Assembly: GCA_964016885.1 (NCBI GenBank)
Contig: OZ024743.1
Span: 133,982,001 to 134,046,000 of the forward strand
DNA: 64,000 nt
DNA from: Eledone cirrhosa
Lineage: Eukaryota
Direction of reading: 5' to 3'
In this document: positions 12,401 to 25,959 of the stretch, piece after piece
Position numbering within the stretch: the first letter of the stretch is position 1
How the letters are laid out: every line of letters begins with the position of its first letter
Notes under the pieces: model-generated
What the model saw: the letters and a program-made list of their open reading frames with translations, nothing else
What the model was told of the DNA's origin: nothing
The model's database searches: none
Position numbers and translations under genes: made by a program

Positions 12401-15400
12401 GCTTGGTGTTTGGTGCTTGGTGCTTGGTGCTTGGTCTTTGGTGTTTGGTGTTTAGTGCTTGGTGCTTGGTGCTTGGTGCTTGGTCCTTGGTGTTTGGTGC
12501 TTGGTGCTTGGTGTTTGGTGTTTGGTGCTTGGTGCTTGGTGCTTGGTGTTTGGTGTTTGGTGCTTGGTGTCTGGAGCTTGGTGTTTGCTGTTTGGTGCTT
12601 GGTGTTTGGTGTTTGGTGCTTGGTGCTTGGTGTTTGGTGCTTGGTGCTTGGTGTTTGTACTTGGTGTTTGGTGCTTGGTGTTTGGTGCTTGGTTCTTGGT
12701 GTTTGGTGCTTGGTGTTTGGAGCTTGGTGCTTGGTGTTTGGTGCTTGGTGCTTGGTGTTTGTACTTGGTGCTTGGTGCTTGGTGTTTGGTGCTTGGTTCT
12801 TGGTGTTTGGTGCTTGGTGTTTGGAGCTTGGTGCTTGGTGTTTGGTGCTTGGTGCTTGGTGTTTGGTGTTTGGTGCTTGGTGCTAGGTGTTTGGTGCTTG
12901 GTGCTTGGTGTTTGGTGTTTGGTTTTTGGTGCTTGGTATTTGGTGCTTTGTGCTTGCTGCTTGGTGTTTGGTGCTTGGTGATTGATGCTTGGTGTTTGGT
13001 GCTTGGTGCTTGGTGTTTGGTTTTTGGTGCTAGGTGCTTGGTGCTTGGTGTTTGTTGCTTGGTGTTTGGTGTTTGGTGCTTGGTGCTTGGGGCTTGGTGT
13101 TTGGTACTTGGTGCTTGGTGCTTGGTGTTTGGTGCTTGGTGCTTGGTGTTTGGTGTTTGGTGTTTGGCGCTTGGTGCTTGGTGTTTGGTGCTTGGTGCTT
13201 GGTGCTGGGTGGTTGGTGTTTGGTGCTTGGTGCTTGGTGTTTGGTGCTTGGTGCATGGTGCTTGGTGCATGGTGCTTGGTGTTTGGTGCTTGGTGCTTGG
13301 TGCTTGGTCTTTGGTGTTTGGTGTTTAGTGCTTGGTGCTTGGTGCTTGGTGCTTGGTGCTTGGTGTTAGGTGTTTGGTGCTTGGTGCTTGGTGTTTGGTT
13401 TTTGGTGCTTGGTGCTTGGTGTTTGGTGTTTGGTGCTTGCTGCTGGCTGCTTGGTGTTTGGTGCTTGGTGATTGGTGCTTGGTGTTTGGTGCTTGGTGTT
13501 TGGTGTTTGGTACTAGGTGCTTGGTGCTTGGTGTTTGGTGCTTGGTGCTTGGTGTTTGGTGTTTGGTGCTTGGTGCTTGGTGTTTGGTGTTTCCTGTTTG
13601 CTGTTTGGTGTTTGGTGTTTGGTGTTTGCTGTTTGGTGTCTGCTTTTTGGGGTTTGGTGTTTGCTGTATGTTATTTGGTGTTTGTACTTGGTGCTTGGTG
13701 CTTGGTGTTTGGTGCTTGGTTCTTGGTGTTTGGTGCTTGGTGTTTGGAGCTTGGTGCTTGGTGCTTGGTGCTTGGTGTTTGGTGTTTGGTGTTTGGTGCT
13801 TGGTGCTTGGTGTTTGGTGCTTGGTGCTTGGTGCTGGGTGGTTGGTGTTTGGTGCTTGGTGCTTGGTGTTTGGTGCTTGGTGCATGGTGCTTGGTGTTTG
13901 GTGCTTGGTGCTTGGTGCTTGGTCTTTGGTGTTTGGTGTTTAGTGCTTGGTGCTTGGTGCTTGGTGCTTGGTGCATTGTGATTAGTGTTTGGTGCTTGGT
14001 CCTTGGGGTTTGGTGTTTGGTGCTTGGTGCTTGGTGTTTGGTGCTGGGTACTTGGTGTTTGGTGCTTGGTGTTTGCTGTTTGCTGTTTGGTGTTTTTGGT
14101 GTTTGCTGTTTGCTGTTTGGTGTTTGCTCTATGGTGTTTGCTGTTTCATGTTTGGTGTTTGCTGTTTGGTGTTTGGTGTTTGCTGTTTGGTGTTTGGTCT
14201 TTGGTGCATGGTGTTTGGTGTTTGGTGCTTGGTGCTTGGTGCTTGGTGTTTGGTGTTTGGTGTTTGGTGCTTGGTGCCTGGTGCTTGTAGTTTGGTGATT
14301 GGTGCTTGGTGTTTGCTGTTTGGTGTTTGGTGTTTGGTGTTTGCTGTTTGGTGTTTGGTGCTTGGTGCTTGGTGCTTGGTGTTTGGTGCTTGGTGCTTGG
14401 TGTTTGGTGTTTGGTGCTTGGTGCATGGTGCTTGGTGTTTGGTGCTTGGTGCTTGGTGCTTGGTGTATGGTGCTTGGTGCTTGGTGTTTGGTGCTAGGTG
14501 CGTGGTGCTTGGTGCTTGGTGTTTGGTGCTTGGTGTTTGGTGCTTGGCACTTGGGGCTTGGTGTTTGGTGCTTGGTGCTTGGTGCTTGGTGTTTGGTGCT
14601 TGGTGCTTGGTGTTTGGTGTTTGGTGCTTGGTGTTTGGTGCTTGGTGCTTGGTGCTGGGTGATTGGTGTTTGGTGCTTGGTGCTTGGTGTTTGGTGTTTG
14701 GTGCTTGGTGCTTGGTGCTTGGTGTTTGGTGCTTGGTGCTTGGTGCTTGGTCTTTGGTGCTTGGTGTTTGGTGTTTGGTGCTTGGTGCTTGGTGTTTGGT
14801 GCTTGGTGCTTGGTGATTAGTGTTTGGTGCTTGCTGCTTGGGGCTTGGTGTTTGGTGCTTGGTGCTTGGTGTTTGGTGCTTGGTGCTTGGTGTTTGGTGC
14901 TTGGTGTTTGATTTTTGCTGTTTGGTGTTTGGTGTTTGGTGTTTGCTGTTTGCTGTTTGCTTTTTGGTGTTTGGTGTTTGCTGTATGGTGTTTGCTGTTT
15001 CGTGTTTATTGTTTGCTGTTTGGTGTTTGGTGTTTGGTGTTTGCTGTTTCCTGTTTGGTCTTTAGTCTTTGGTGCTTGGTGTTTGGTGCTTGGTGCTTGG
15101 TGTTTGGTATTTGGTGCTTGGTGTTTGGTGCTTGGTGCTTGGTGTTTGGTATTTGGGGCTTGGTGATTGGTGCTTGGTGCTTGGTGTTTGGTGTTTGGTG
15201 CTTGGGGCTTGGTGTTTGGTGCTGCGTGCTTGGTGATTGGTGCTTGGTGCTTGGTGTTTTGTGTTTGGTGTTTGATGCTTGGTGTTTGGTGTTTGGTGCT
15301 TGGTGCTTGGTGTTTGGTGTTTGATGCTTGGTGCTTGATGCTTGGTGCTTGGTGCTTGGTGTTTGGTGCTTGGTGCTTGGTGTTTGTACTTGTTGCTTGG

Positions 15401-17620
15401 TGCTTGGTGTTTGGTGCTTGGTTTTTGGTGCTTGGTGTTTGGTGTTTGCTGTTTGCTGTTTGGTGCTTGGTGTTTGCTGTTTGGTGTTTGTTGTTTGGTG
15501 TTGCTGTTTGGTGTTTGCTGTTTGGTGTTTGGTGCTTGCTGTTTGGTGCTTGGTGTTTGGTGCTTGGTGCTTAGTGTTTGGTGTTTGGTGTTTGGTGCTT
15601 GGTGCTTGGGGCTTGGTGTTTGGTGCTTGGTGCTTGGTGCTTGGTGCTTGGTGCATGGTGCTTGGTGCTTGGTGTTTGTCGCTTGGTGCTTGGTGCTTGG
15701 TGTTTGGTGCTTGGTGTTTGGTGTTTGGTGCTTGGTGTTTGGTGTTTGGTGTTTGGTGTTTGGTGTTTGGTGTTTGGTGTTTGCTGTTTGCTGTTTGGTG
15801 TCTGCTTTTTGGTGTTTGGTGTTTTCTGTATGGTGTTTGCTGTTTCGTGTTTGATGTTTGCTGTTTGGTGTTTGCGGTTTGCTGTTTGGTGTTTGGTGCT
15901 TGGTGCTTGGTGCTTGGTGTTTGGTGTTTGGAGCTTGGTGTTTGGTGTTTGGTTCTTGGTGCTTGGATTTTGGTGCTTGGTGCCTGGTGCTTGGTGTTTG
16001 GTGATTGATGCTTGGTGCTTGATGCTTGGTGCTTGGTGTTTGGTGCTTGGTGCTTGGTGTTTGTACTTGTTACTTGGTGCTTGGTGTCTGGTGTTTGGTG
16101 CTTGGTGTCTGGTGTTTTGTGCTTGGTGTTTGGTGTTTGGTGCTTGGTGCTTGGTGTTTGTACTTGGTGCTTGGTGCTTGGTGTTTGGTGCTTGTTTCTT
16201 GGTGTTTGGTGCTTGGTGTTTGGTGCTTGGTGCTTGGTGTTTGGTGCTTGGTGCTTGGTGCTTGGTGCTTGGTGTTAGGTGTTTGGTGCTTGGTGCTTGG
16301 TGTTTGGTGTTTGGTTCTTGGTGCTTGGTATTTGGTGCTTGGTGCTTGCTGCTTGGTGTTTGGTGCTTGGTGATTGATGCTTGGTGTTTGGTGCTTGGTG
16401 CTTGGTGTTTGGTTTTTGGTGCTAGGTGCTTGGTGCTTGGTGTTTGGTGCTTGGTGTTTGGTGTTTGGTGCATGGTGCTTGGTGTTTGGTACTTGGTGCT
16501 TGGTGCTTGGTGTTTGGTGCTTGGTGCTTGGTGTTTGGTGTTTGGTGTTTGGTGCTTGGTGCTTGGTGTTTGGTGCTGGGTGCTTGGTGCTGGGTGGTTG
16601 GTGTTTGGTGCTTGGTGCTTGGTGTTTGGTGCTAGGTGCATGGTGCTTGGTGTTTGGTGCTTGGTGCTTGGTGCTTGGTCTTTGGTGTTTGGTGTTTAGT
16701 GCTTGGTGCTTGGTGCTTGGTGCTTGGTGCTTGGTCCTTGGTGTTTGGTGCTTGGTGCTTGGTGTTTGGTGTTTGGTGCTTGGTGCTTGGTGCTTGGTGT
16801 TTGGTGTTTGGTGCTTGGTGTCTGGAGCTTGGTGTTTGGTGTTTGGTGCTTGGTGTTTGGTGTTTGGTGCTTGGTGCTTGGTGTTTGGTGCTTGGTGCTT
16901 GGTGTTTGTACTTGGTGTTTGGTGCTTGGTGTTTGGTGCTTGGTTCTTGGTGTTTGGTGCTTGGTGTTTGGAGCTTGGTGCTTGGTGTTTGGTGCTTGGT
17001 GCTTGGTGTTTGTACTTGGTGCTTGGTGCTTGGTGTTTGGTGCTTGGTTCTTGGTGTTTGGTGCTTGGTGTTTGGAGCTTGGTGCTTGGTGTTTGGTGCT
17101 TGGTGCTTGGTGTTTGGTGTTTGGTGCTTGGTGCTAGGTGTTTGGTGCTTGGTGCTTGGTGTTTGGTGTTTGGTTCTTGGTGCTTGGTATTTGGTGCTTT
17201 GTTCTTGCTGCTTGGTGTTTGGTGCTTGGTGATTGATGCTTGGTGTTTGGTGCTTGGTGCTTGGTGCTTGGTGTTTGGTTTTTGGTGCTAGGTGCTTGGT
17301 GCTTGGTGTTTGTTGCTTGGTGTTTGGTGTTTGGTGCTTGGTGCTTGGGGCTTGGTGTTTGGTACTTGGTGCTTGGTGCTTGGTGTTTGGTGCTTGGTGC
17401 TTGGTGTTTGGTGTTTGGTGTTTGGTGCTTGGTGCTTGGTGTTTGGTGCTTGGTGCTTGGTGCTGGGTGGTTGGTGTTTGGTGCTTGGTGCTTGGTGTTT
17501 GGTGCTTGGTGCATGGTGCTTGGTGCATGGTGCTTGGTGTTTGGTGCTTGGTGCTTGGTGCTTGGTCTTTGGTGTTTGGTGTTTAGTGCTTGGTGCTTGG
17601 TGCTTGGTGCTTGGTGCATT
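9445..17620 (+). repeat. Duplicated block at ~4.24 kb offset (~9.45-13.35 kb copied at ~13.68-17.6 kb)
   Basis: ORF pairs 9748/13985, 9752/13989 and 10930/15167 give offset 4237; 11768/16012 and 12182/16426 give 4244; 13034/17292 gives 4258. Confidence 0.88.
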
Positions 17621-20600
17621 GTGATTAGTGTTTGGTGCTTGGTCCTTGGGGTTTGGTGTTTGGTGCTTGGTGCTTGGTGTTTGGTGCTGGGTACTTGGTG
17701 TTTGGTGCTTGGTGTTTGCTGTTTGCTGTTTGCTGTTTTTGGTGTTTGCTGTTTGCTGTTTGGTGTCTGCTTTTTGGTGTTTGGTGTTTGCTCTATGGTG
17801 TTTGCTGTTTCATGTTTGGTGTTTGCTGTTTGGTGTTTGGTGTTTGCTGTTTGGTGTTTGGTCTTTGGTGCATGGTGTTTGGTGTTTGGTGCTTGGTGCT
17901 TGGTGCTTGGTGTTTGGTGTTTGGTGTTTGGTGCTTGGTGCCTGGTGCTTGTAGTTTGGTGATTGGTGCTTGGTGTTTGCTGTTTGGTGTTTGATGTTTG
18001 GTGTTTGCTGTTTGGTGTTTGGTGCTTGGTGCTTGGTGCTTGGTGTTTGGTGCTTGGTGCTTGGTGTTTGGTGCTTGGTGTTTGGTGCTTGGTGTTTGGT
18101 GTTTGGTGCTTGGTGCTTGGTGTTTGGTGTTTGATGCTTGGTGCTTGGTGCTTGGTGTTTGGTGTTTGCTGCTTGGTGTCTGGTTCCTGGTGCTGGGTGC
18201 TTGGTGTTTGGTGCTTGGTGTTTGGTGCTTGGTGCTTGGTGCTTGGTGTTAGGTGTTTGGTGCTTGGTGTTTGGTGTTTGGTGCTTCATGCTTGGTGCTT
18301 GGTGTTTGGTGCTTGGTGCTTGGTGTTTGGTGCTTGGTGCCTGGTGCATGGTGTTTGGTGCTTGATGCTTGGTGATTGGTGTTTGCTGTTAGGTTTTTGG
18401 TGCTTGGTGCTTGGTGTTTGGTGCTTGGTGCTTGGTGTTTGGTGTTTGGTGCCTGGTGATTGGTGCTTGGTGTATGGTGCTTGGTGCTTGGTGTTTGGTG
18501 CTAGGTGCGTGGTGCTTGGTGCTTGGTGTTTGGTGCTTGGTGTTTGGTGCTTGGCACTTGGGGCTTGGTGTTTGGTGCTTGGTGCTTGGTGCTTGGTGTT
18601 TGGTGCTTGGTGCTTGGTGTTTGGTGTTTGGTGCTTGGTGTTTGGTGCTTGGTGCTTGGTGCTGGGTGATTGGTGTTTGGTGCTTGGTGCTTGGTGTTTG
18701 GTGCTTGGTGCTTGGTGTTTGGTGTTTGGTGCCTGGTGCTTGGTGCTTGGTGTTTGGTGCTTGGTGCTTGGTGCTTGGTCTTTGGTGCTTGGTGTTTGGT
18801 GTTTGGTGCTTGGTGCTTGGTGTTTGGTGCTTGGTGCTTGGTGATTAGTGTTTGGTGCTTGCTGCTTGGGGCTTGGTGTTTGGTGCTTGGTGCTTGGTGT
18901 TTGGTGCTTGGTGCTTGGTGTTTGGTGCTTGGTGTTTGGCTTTTGCTGTTTGGTGTTTGGTGTTTGGTGTTTGCTGTTTGCTGTTTGCTTTTTGGTGTTT
19001 GGTGTTTGCTGTATGGTGTTTGCTGTTTCGTGTTTATTGTTTGCTGTTTGGTGTTTGGTGTTTGGTATTTGCTGTTTCCTGTTTGGTCTTTAGTCTTTGG
19101 TGCTTGGTGTTTGGTGCTTGGTGCTTGGTGTTTGGTATTTGGTGTTTGGTGTTTGGTGCTTGGTTCTTGGTGTTTGGTATTTGGGGCTTGGTGATTGGTG
19201 CTTGGTGCTTGGTGTTTGGTGTTTGGTGCTTGGGGCTTGGTGTTTGGTGCTGCGTGCTTGGTGATAGGTGCTTGGTGCTTGGTGTTTTGTGTTTGGTGTT
19301 TGATGCTTGGTGTTTGGTGTTTGGTGCTTGGTGCTTGGTGTTTGGTGTTTGATGCTTGGTGCTTGATGCTTGGTGCTTGGTGCTTGGTGTTTGGTGCTTG
19401 GTGCTTGGTGTTTGTACTTGTTGCTTGGTGCTTGGTGTTTGGTGCTTGGTTTTTGGTGCTTGGTGTTTGGTGTTTGCTGTTTGCTGTTTGGTGCTTGGTG
19501 TTTGCTGTTTGGTGTTTGTTGTTTGGTGTTTGCTGTTTGGTGTTTGCTGTTTGGTGTTTGGTGCTTGCTGTTTGGTGCTTGGTGTTTGGAGCTTGGTGCT
19601 TGGTGTTTGGTGCTTGGTGCTTGGTGTTTGTACTTGGTGCTTGGTGCTTGGTGTTTGGTGCTTGGTTCTTGGTGTTTGGTGCTTGGTGTTTGGAGCTTGG
19701 TGCTTGGTGCTTGGTGCTTGGTGTTTGGTGTTTGGTGTTTGGTGCTTGGTGCTTGGTGTTTGGTGCTTGGTGCTTGGTGCTGGGTGGTTGGTGTTTGGTG
19801 CTTGGTGCTTGGTGTTTGGTGCTTGGTGCATGGTGCTTGGTGTTTGGTGCTTGGTGCTTGGTGCTTGGTCTTTGGTGTTTGGTGTTTAGTGCTTGGTGCT
19901 TGGTGCTTGGTGCTTGGTGCATTGTGATTAGTGTTTGGTGCTTGGTCCTTGGGGTTTGGTGTTTGGTGCTTGGTGCTTGGTGTTTGGTGCTGGGTACTTG
20001 GTGTTTGGTGCTTGGTGTTTGCTGCTTGCTGTTTGGTGTTTTTGGTGTTTGCTGTTTGCTGTTTGGTGTTTGCTCTATGGTGTTTGCTGTTTCATGTTTG
20101 GTGTTTGCTGTTTGGTGTTTGGTGTTTGCTGTTTGGTGTTTGGTCTTTGGTGCATGGTGTTTGGTGTTTGGTGTTTGGTGCTTGGTGCTTGGTGCTTGGT
20201 GTTTGGTGTTTGGTGTTTGGTGCTTGGTGCCTGGTGCTTGTAGTTTGGTGATTGGTGCTTGGTGTTTGCTGTTTGGTGTTTGGTGATTGGTGTTTGCTGT
20301 TTGGTGTTTGGTGCTTGGTGCTTGGTGCTTGGTGTTTGGTGCTTGGTGCTTGGTGTTTGGTGTTTGGTGCTTGGTGCATGGTGCTTGGTGTTTGGTGCTT
20401 GGTGCTTGGTGCTTGGTGTATGGTGCTTGGTGCTTGGTGTTTGGTGCTAGGTGCGTGGTGCTTGGTGCTTGGTGTTTGGTGCTTGGTGTTTGGTGCTTGG
20501 CACTTGGGGCTTGGTGTTTGGTGCTTGGTGCTTGGTGCTTGGTGTTTGGTGCTTGGTGCTTGGTGTTTGGTGTTTGGTGCTTGGTGTTTGGTGCTTGGTG

Positions 20601-23600
20601 CTTGGTGCTGGGTGATTGGTGTTTGGTGCTTGGTGCTTGGTGTTTGGTGTTTGGTGCTTGGTGCTTGGTGCTTGGTGTTTGGTGCTTGGTGCTTGGTGCT
20701 TGGTCTTTGGTGCTTGGTGTTTGGTGTTTGGTGCTTGGTGCTTGGTGTTTGGTGCTTGGTGCTTGGTGTTTGGTGCTTGGTGTTTGATTTTTGTTGTTTG
20801 GTGTTTGGTGTTTGGTGTTTGCTGTTTGCTGTTTGCTTTTTGGTGTTTGGTGTTTGCTGTATGGTGTTTGCTGTTTCGTGTTTATTGTTTGCTGTTTGGT
20901 GTTTGGTGTTTGGTGTTTGCTGTTTCCTGTTTGGTCTTTAGTCTTTGGTGCTTGGTGTTTGGTGCTTGGTGCTTGGTGTTTGGTATTTGGTGCTTGGTGT
21001 TTGGTGCTTGGTGCTTGGTGTTTGGTATTTGGGGCTTGGTGATTGGTGCTTGGTGCTTGGTGTTTGGTGTTTGGTGCTTGGGGCTTGGTGTTTGGTGCTG
21101 CGTGCTTGGTGATTGGTGCTTGGTGCTTGGTGTTTTGTGTTTGGTGTTTGATGCTTGGTGTTTGGTGTTTGGTGCTTGGTGCTTGGTGTTTGGTGTTTGA
21201 TGCTTGGTGCTTGATGCTTGGTGCTTGGTGCTTGGTGTTTGGTGCTTGGTGCTTGGTGTTTGTACTTGTTGCTTGGTGCTTGGTGTTTGGTGCTTGGTTT
21301 TTGGTGCTTGGTGTTTGGTGTTTGCTGTTTGCTGTTTGGTGCTTGGTGTTTGCTGTTTGGTGTTTGTTGTTTGGTGTTGCTGTTTGGTGTTTGCTGTTTG
21401 GTGTTTGGTGCTTGTTGTTTGGTGCTTGGTGTTTGGTGCTTGGTGCTTAGTGTTTGGTGTTTGGTGTTTGGTGCTTGGTGCTTGGGGCTTGGTGTTTGGT
21501 GCTTGGTGCTTGGTGCTTGGTGCTTGGTGCATGGTGCTTGGTGCTTGGTGTTTGTCGCTTGGTGCTTGGTGCTTGGTGTTTGGTGCTTGGTGTTTGGTGT
21601 TTGGTGCTTGGTGTTTGGTGTTTGGTGTTTGGTGTTTGGTGTTTGGTGTTTGGTGTTTGCTGTTTGCTGTTTGGTGTCTGCTTTTTGGTGTTTGGTGTTT
21701 TCTGTATGGTGTTTGCTGTTTCGTGTTTGGTGTTTGCTATTTGGTGTTTGCGGTTTGCTGTTTGGTGTTTGGTGCTTGGTGCTTGGTGCTTGGTGTTTGG
21801 TGTTTGGTGCTTGGTGTTTGGTGTTTGGTTCTTGGTGCTTGGATTTTGGTGCTTGGTGCCTGGTGCTTGGTGTTTGGTGTTTGATGCTTGGTGCTTGATG
21901 CTTGGTGCTTGGTGTTTGGTGCTTGGTGCTTGGTGTTTGTACTTGTTACTTGGTGCTTGGTGTCTGGTGTTTGGTGCTTGGTGTCTGGTGTTTTGTGCTT
22001 GGTGTTTGGTGTTTGGTGCTTGGTGCTTGGTGTTTGTACTTGGTGCTTGGTGCTTGGTGTTTGGTGCTTGTTTCTTGGTGTTTGGTGCTTGGTGTTTGGT
22101 GCTTGGTGCTTGGTGTTTGGTGCTTGGTGCTTGGTGCTTGGTGCTTGGTGTTAGGTGTTTGGTGCTTGGTGCTTGGTGTTTGGTGTTTGGTTCTTGGTGC
22201 TTGGTATTTGGTGCTTGGTGCTTGCTGCTTGGTGTTTGGTGCTTGGTGATTGATGCTTGGTGTTTGGTGCTTGGTGCTTGGTGTTTGGTTTTTGGTGCTA
22301 GGTGCTTGGTGCTTGGTGTTTGGTGCTTGGTGTTTGGTGTTTGGTGCATGGTGCTTGGTGTTTGGTACTTGGTGCTTGGTGCTTGGTGTTTGGTGCTTGG
22401 TGCTTGGTGTTTGGTGTTTGGTGTTTGGTGCTTGGTGCTTGGTGTTTGGTGCTGGGTGCTTGGTGCTGGGTGGTTGGTGTTTGGTGCTTGGTGCTTGGTG
22501 TTTGGTGCTAGGTGCATGGTGCTTGGTGTTTGGTGCTTGGTGCTTGGTGCTTGGTCTTTGGTGTTTGGTGTTTAGTGCTTGGTGCTTGGTGCTTGGTGCT
22601 TGGTGCTTGGTCCTTGGTGTTTGGTGCTTGGTGCTTGGTGTTTGGTGTTTGGTGCTTGGTGCTTGGTGCTTGGTGTTTGGTGTTTGGTTCTTGGTGTCTG
22701 GAGCTTGGTGTTTGGTGTTTGGTGCTTGGTGTTTGGTGTTTGGTGCTTGGTGCTTGGTGTTTGGTGCTTGGTGCTTGGTGTTTGTACTTGGTGTTTGGTG
22801 CTTGGTGTTTGGTGCTTGGTTCTTGGTGTTTGGTGCTTGGTGTTTGGAGCTTGGTGCTTGGTGTTTGGTGCTTGGTGCTTGGTGTTTGTACTTGGTGCTT
22901 GGTGCTTGGTGTTTGGTGCTTGGTTCTTGGTGTTTGGTGATTGGTGTTTGGAGCTTGGTGCTTGGTGTTTGGTGCTTGGTGCTTGGTGTTTGGTGTTTGG
23001 TGCTTGGTGCTAGGTGTTTGGTGCTTGGTGCTTGGTGTTTGGTGTTTGGTTCTTGGTGCTTGGTATTTGGTGCTTTGTGCTTGCTGCTTGGTGTTTGGTG
23101 CTTGGTGATTGATGCTTGGTGTTTGGTGCTTGGTGCTTGGTGTTTGGTTTTTGGTGCTAGGTGCTTGGTGCTTGGTGTTTGTTGCTTGGTGTTTGGTGTT
23201 TGGTGCTTGGTGCTTGGGGCTTGGTGTTTGGTACTTGGTGCTTGGTGCTTGGTGTTTGGTGCTTGGTGCTTGGTGTTTGGTGTTTGGTGTTTGGTGCTTG
23301 GTGCTTGGTGTTTGGTGCTTGGTGCTTGGTGCTGGGTGGTTGGTGTTTGGTGCTTGGTGCTTGGTGTTTGGTGCTTGGTGCATGGTGCTTGGTGCATGGT
23401 GCTTGGTGTTTGGTGCTTGGTGCTTGGTGCTTGGTCTTTGGTGTTTGGTGTTTAGTGCTTGGTGCTTGGTGCTTGGTGCTTGGTGCATTGTGATTAGTGT
23501 TTGGTGCTTGGTCCTTGGGGTTTGGTGTTTGGTGCTTGGTGCTTGGTGTTTGGTGCTGGGTACTTGGTGTTTGGTGCTTGGTGTTTGCTGTTTGCTGTTT

Positions 23601-25420
23601 GCTGTTTTTGGTGTTTGCTGTTTGCTGTTTGGTGTCTGCTTTTTGGTGTTTGGTGTTTGCTCTATGGTGTTTGCTGTTTCATGTTTGGTGTTTGCTGTTT
23701 GGTGTTTGGTGTTTGCTGTTTGGTGTTTGGTCTTTGGTGCATGGTGTTTGGTGTTTGGTGCTTGGTGCTTGGTGCTTGGTGTTTGGTGTTTGGTGTTTGG
23801 TGCTTGGTGCCTGGTGCTTGTAGTTTGGTGATTGGTGCTTGGTGTTTGCTGTTTGGTGTTTGATGTTTGGTGTTTGCTGTTTGGTGTTTGGTGCTTGGTG
23901 CTTGGTGCTTGGTGTTTGGTGCTTGGTGCTTGGTGTTTGGTGCTTGGTGTTTGGTGCTTGGTGTTTGGTGTTTGGTGCTTGGTGCTTGGTGTTTGGTGTT
24001 TGATGCTTGGTGCTTGGTGCTTGGTGTTTGGTGTTTGCTGCTTGGTGTCTGGTTCCTGGTGCTGGGTGCTTGGTGTTTGGTGCTTGGTGTTTGGTGCTTG
24101 GTGCTTGGTGCTTGGTGTTAGGTGTTTGGTGCTTGGTGTTTGGTGTTTGGTGCTTCATGCTTGGTGCTTGGTGTTTGGTGCTTGGTGCCTGGTGCATGGT
24201 GTTTGGTGCTTGATGCTTGGTGATTGGTGTTTGCTGTTAGGTTTTTGGTGCTTGGTGCTTGGTGTTTGGTGCTTGGTGCTTGGTGTTTGGTGTTTGGTGC
24301 CTGGTGATTGGTGCTTGGTGTATGCTGCTTGGTGCTTGGTGTTTGGTGCTAGGTGCGTGGTGCTTGGTGCTTGGTGTTTGGTGCTTGGTGTTTGGTGCTT
24401 GGCACTTGGGGCTTGGTGTTTGGTGCTTGGTGCTTGGTGCTTGGTGTTTGGTGCTTGGTGCTTGGTGTTTGGTGTTTGGTGCTTGGTGTTTGGTGCTTGG
24501 TGCTTGGTGCTGGGTGATTGGTGTTTGGTGCTTTGTGCTTGGTGTTTGGTGCTTGGTGCTTGGTGTTTGGTGTTTGGTGCCTGGTGCTTGGTGCTTGGTG
24601 TTTGGTGCTTGGTGCTTGGTGCTTGGTCTTTGGTGCTTGGTGTTTGGTGTTTGGTGCTTGGTGCTTGGTGTTTGGTGCTTGGTGCTTGGTGATTAGTGTT
24701 TGGTGCTTGCTGCTTGGGGCTTGGTGTTTGGTGCTTGGTGCTTGGTGTTTGGTGCTTGGTGCTTGGTGTTTGGTGCTTGGTGTTTGGTTTTTGCTGTTTG
24801 GTGTTTGGTGTTTGGTGTTTGCTGTTTGCTGTTTGCTTTTTGGTGTTTGGTGTTTGCTGTATGGTGTTTGCTGTTTCGTGTTTATTGTTTGCTGTTTGGT
24901 GTTTGGTGTTTGGTATTTGCTGTTTCCTGTTTGGTCTTTAGTCTTTGGTGCTTGGTGTTTGGTGCTTGGTGCTTGGTGTTTGGTATTTGGTGTTTGGTGT
25001 TTGGTGCTTGGTGCTTGGTGTTTGGTATTTGGGGCTTGGTGATTGGTGCTTGGTGCTTGGTGTTTGGTGTTTGGTGCTTGGGGCTTGGTGTTTGGTGCTG
25101 CGTGCTTGGTGATTGGTGCTTGGTGCTTGGTGTTTTGTGTTTGGTGTTTGATGCTTGGTGTTTGGTGTTTGGTGCTTGGTGCTTGGTGTTTGGTGTTTGA
25201 TGCTTGGTGCTTGATGCTTGGTGCTTGGTGCTTGGTGTTTGGTGCTTGGTGCTTGGTGTTTGTACTTGTTGCTTGGTGCTTGGTGTTTGGTGCTTGGTTT
25301 TTGGTGCTTGGTGTTTGGTGTTTGCTGTTTGCTGTTTGGTGCTTGGTGTTTGCTGTTTGGTGTTTGTTGTTTGGTGTTTGCTGTTTGGTGTTTGCTGTTT
25401 GCTGTTTGGTGCTTGCTGTT
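13680..25420 (+). repeat. Tandem duplication of a ~5.9 kb block (~13.7-19.6 kb and ~19.6-25.4 kb)
   Basis: ORF pairs 13985/19931 (5946); 15167/21043 and 16012/21888 (5876); 17628/23497 (5869); 18848/24696 and 19195/25043 (5848). Confidence 0.88.
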
Positions 25421-25959
25421 TGGTGCTTGGTGTTTGGTGCTTGGTGCTTAGTGTTTGGTGTTTGGTGTTTGGTGCTTGGTGCTTGGGGCTTGGTGTTTGG
25501 TGCTTGGTGCTTGGTGCTTGGTGCTTGGTGCATGGTGCTTGGTGCTTGGTGTTTGTCTCTTGGTGCTTGGTGCTTGGTGTTTGGTGCTTGGTGTTTGGTG
25601 TTTGGTGCTTGGTGTTTGGTGTTTGGTGTTTGGTGTTTGGTGTTTGGTGTTTGCTGTTGGCTGTTTGGTGTCTGCTTTTTGGTGTTTGGTGTTTTCTGTA
25701 TGGTGTTTGCTGTTTCGTGTTTGGTGTTTGCTGTTTGGTGTTTGCGGTTTGCTGTTTGGTGTTTGGTGCTTGGTGCTTGGTGCTTGGTGTTTGGTGTTTG
25801 GTGCTTGGTGTTTGGTGTTTGGTTCTTGGTGCTTGGATTTTGGTGCTTGGTGCCTGGTGCTTGGTGTTTGGTGTTTTGTGCTTGGTGTTTGGTGTTTGGT
25901 GCTTGGTGCTTGGTGTTTGGTGTTTGGTGCTTGGTGCTTGGTGTTTGGTGTTTAGTGCT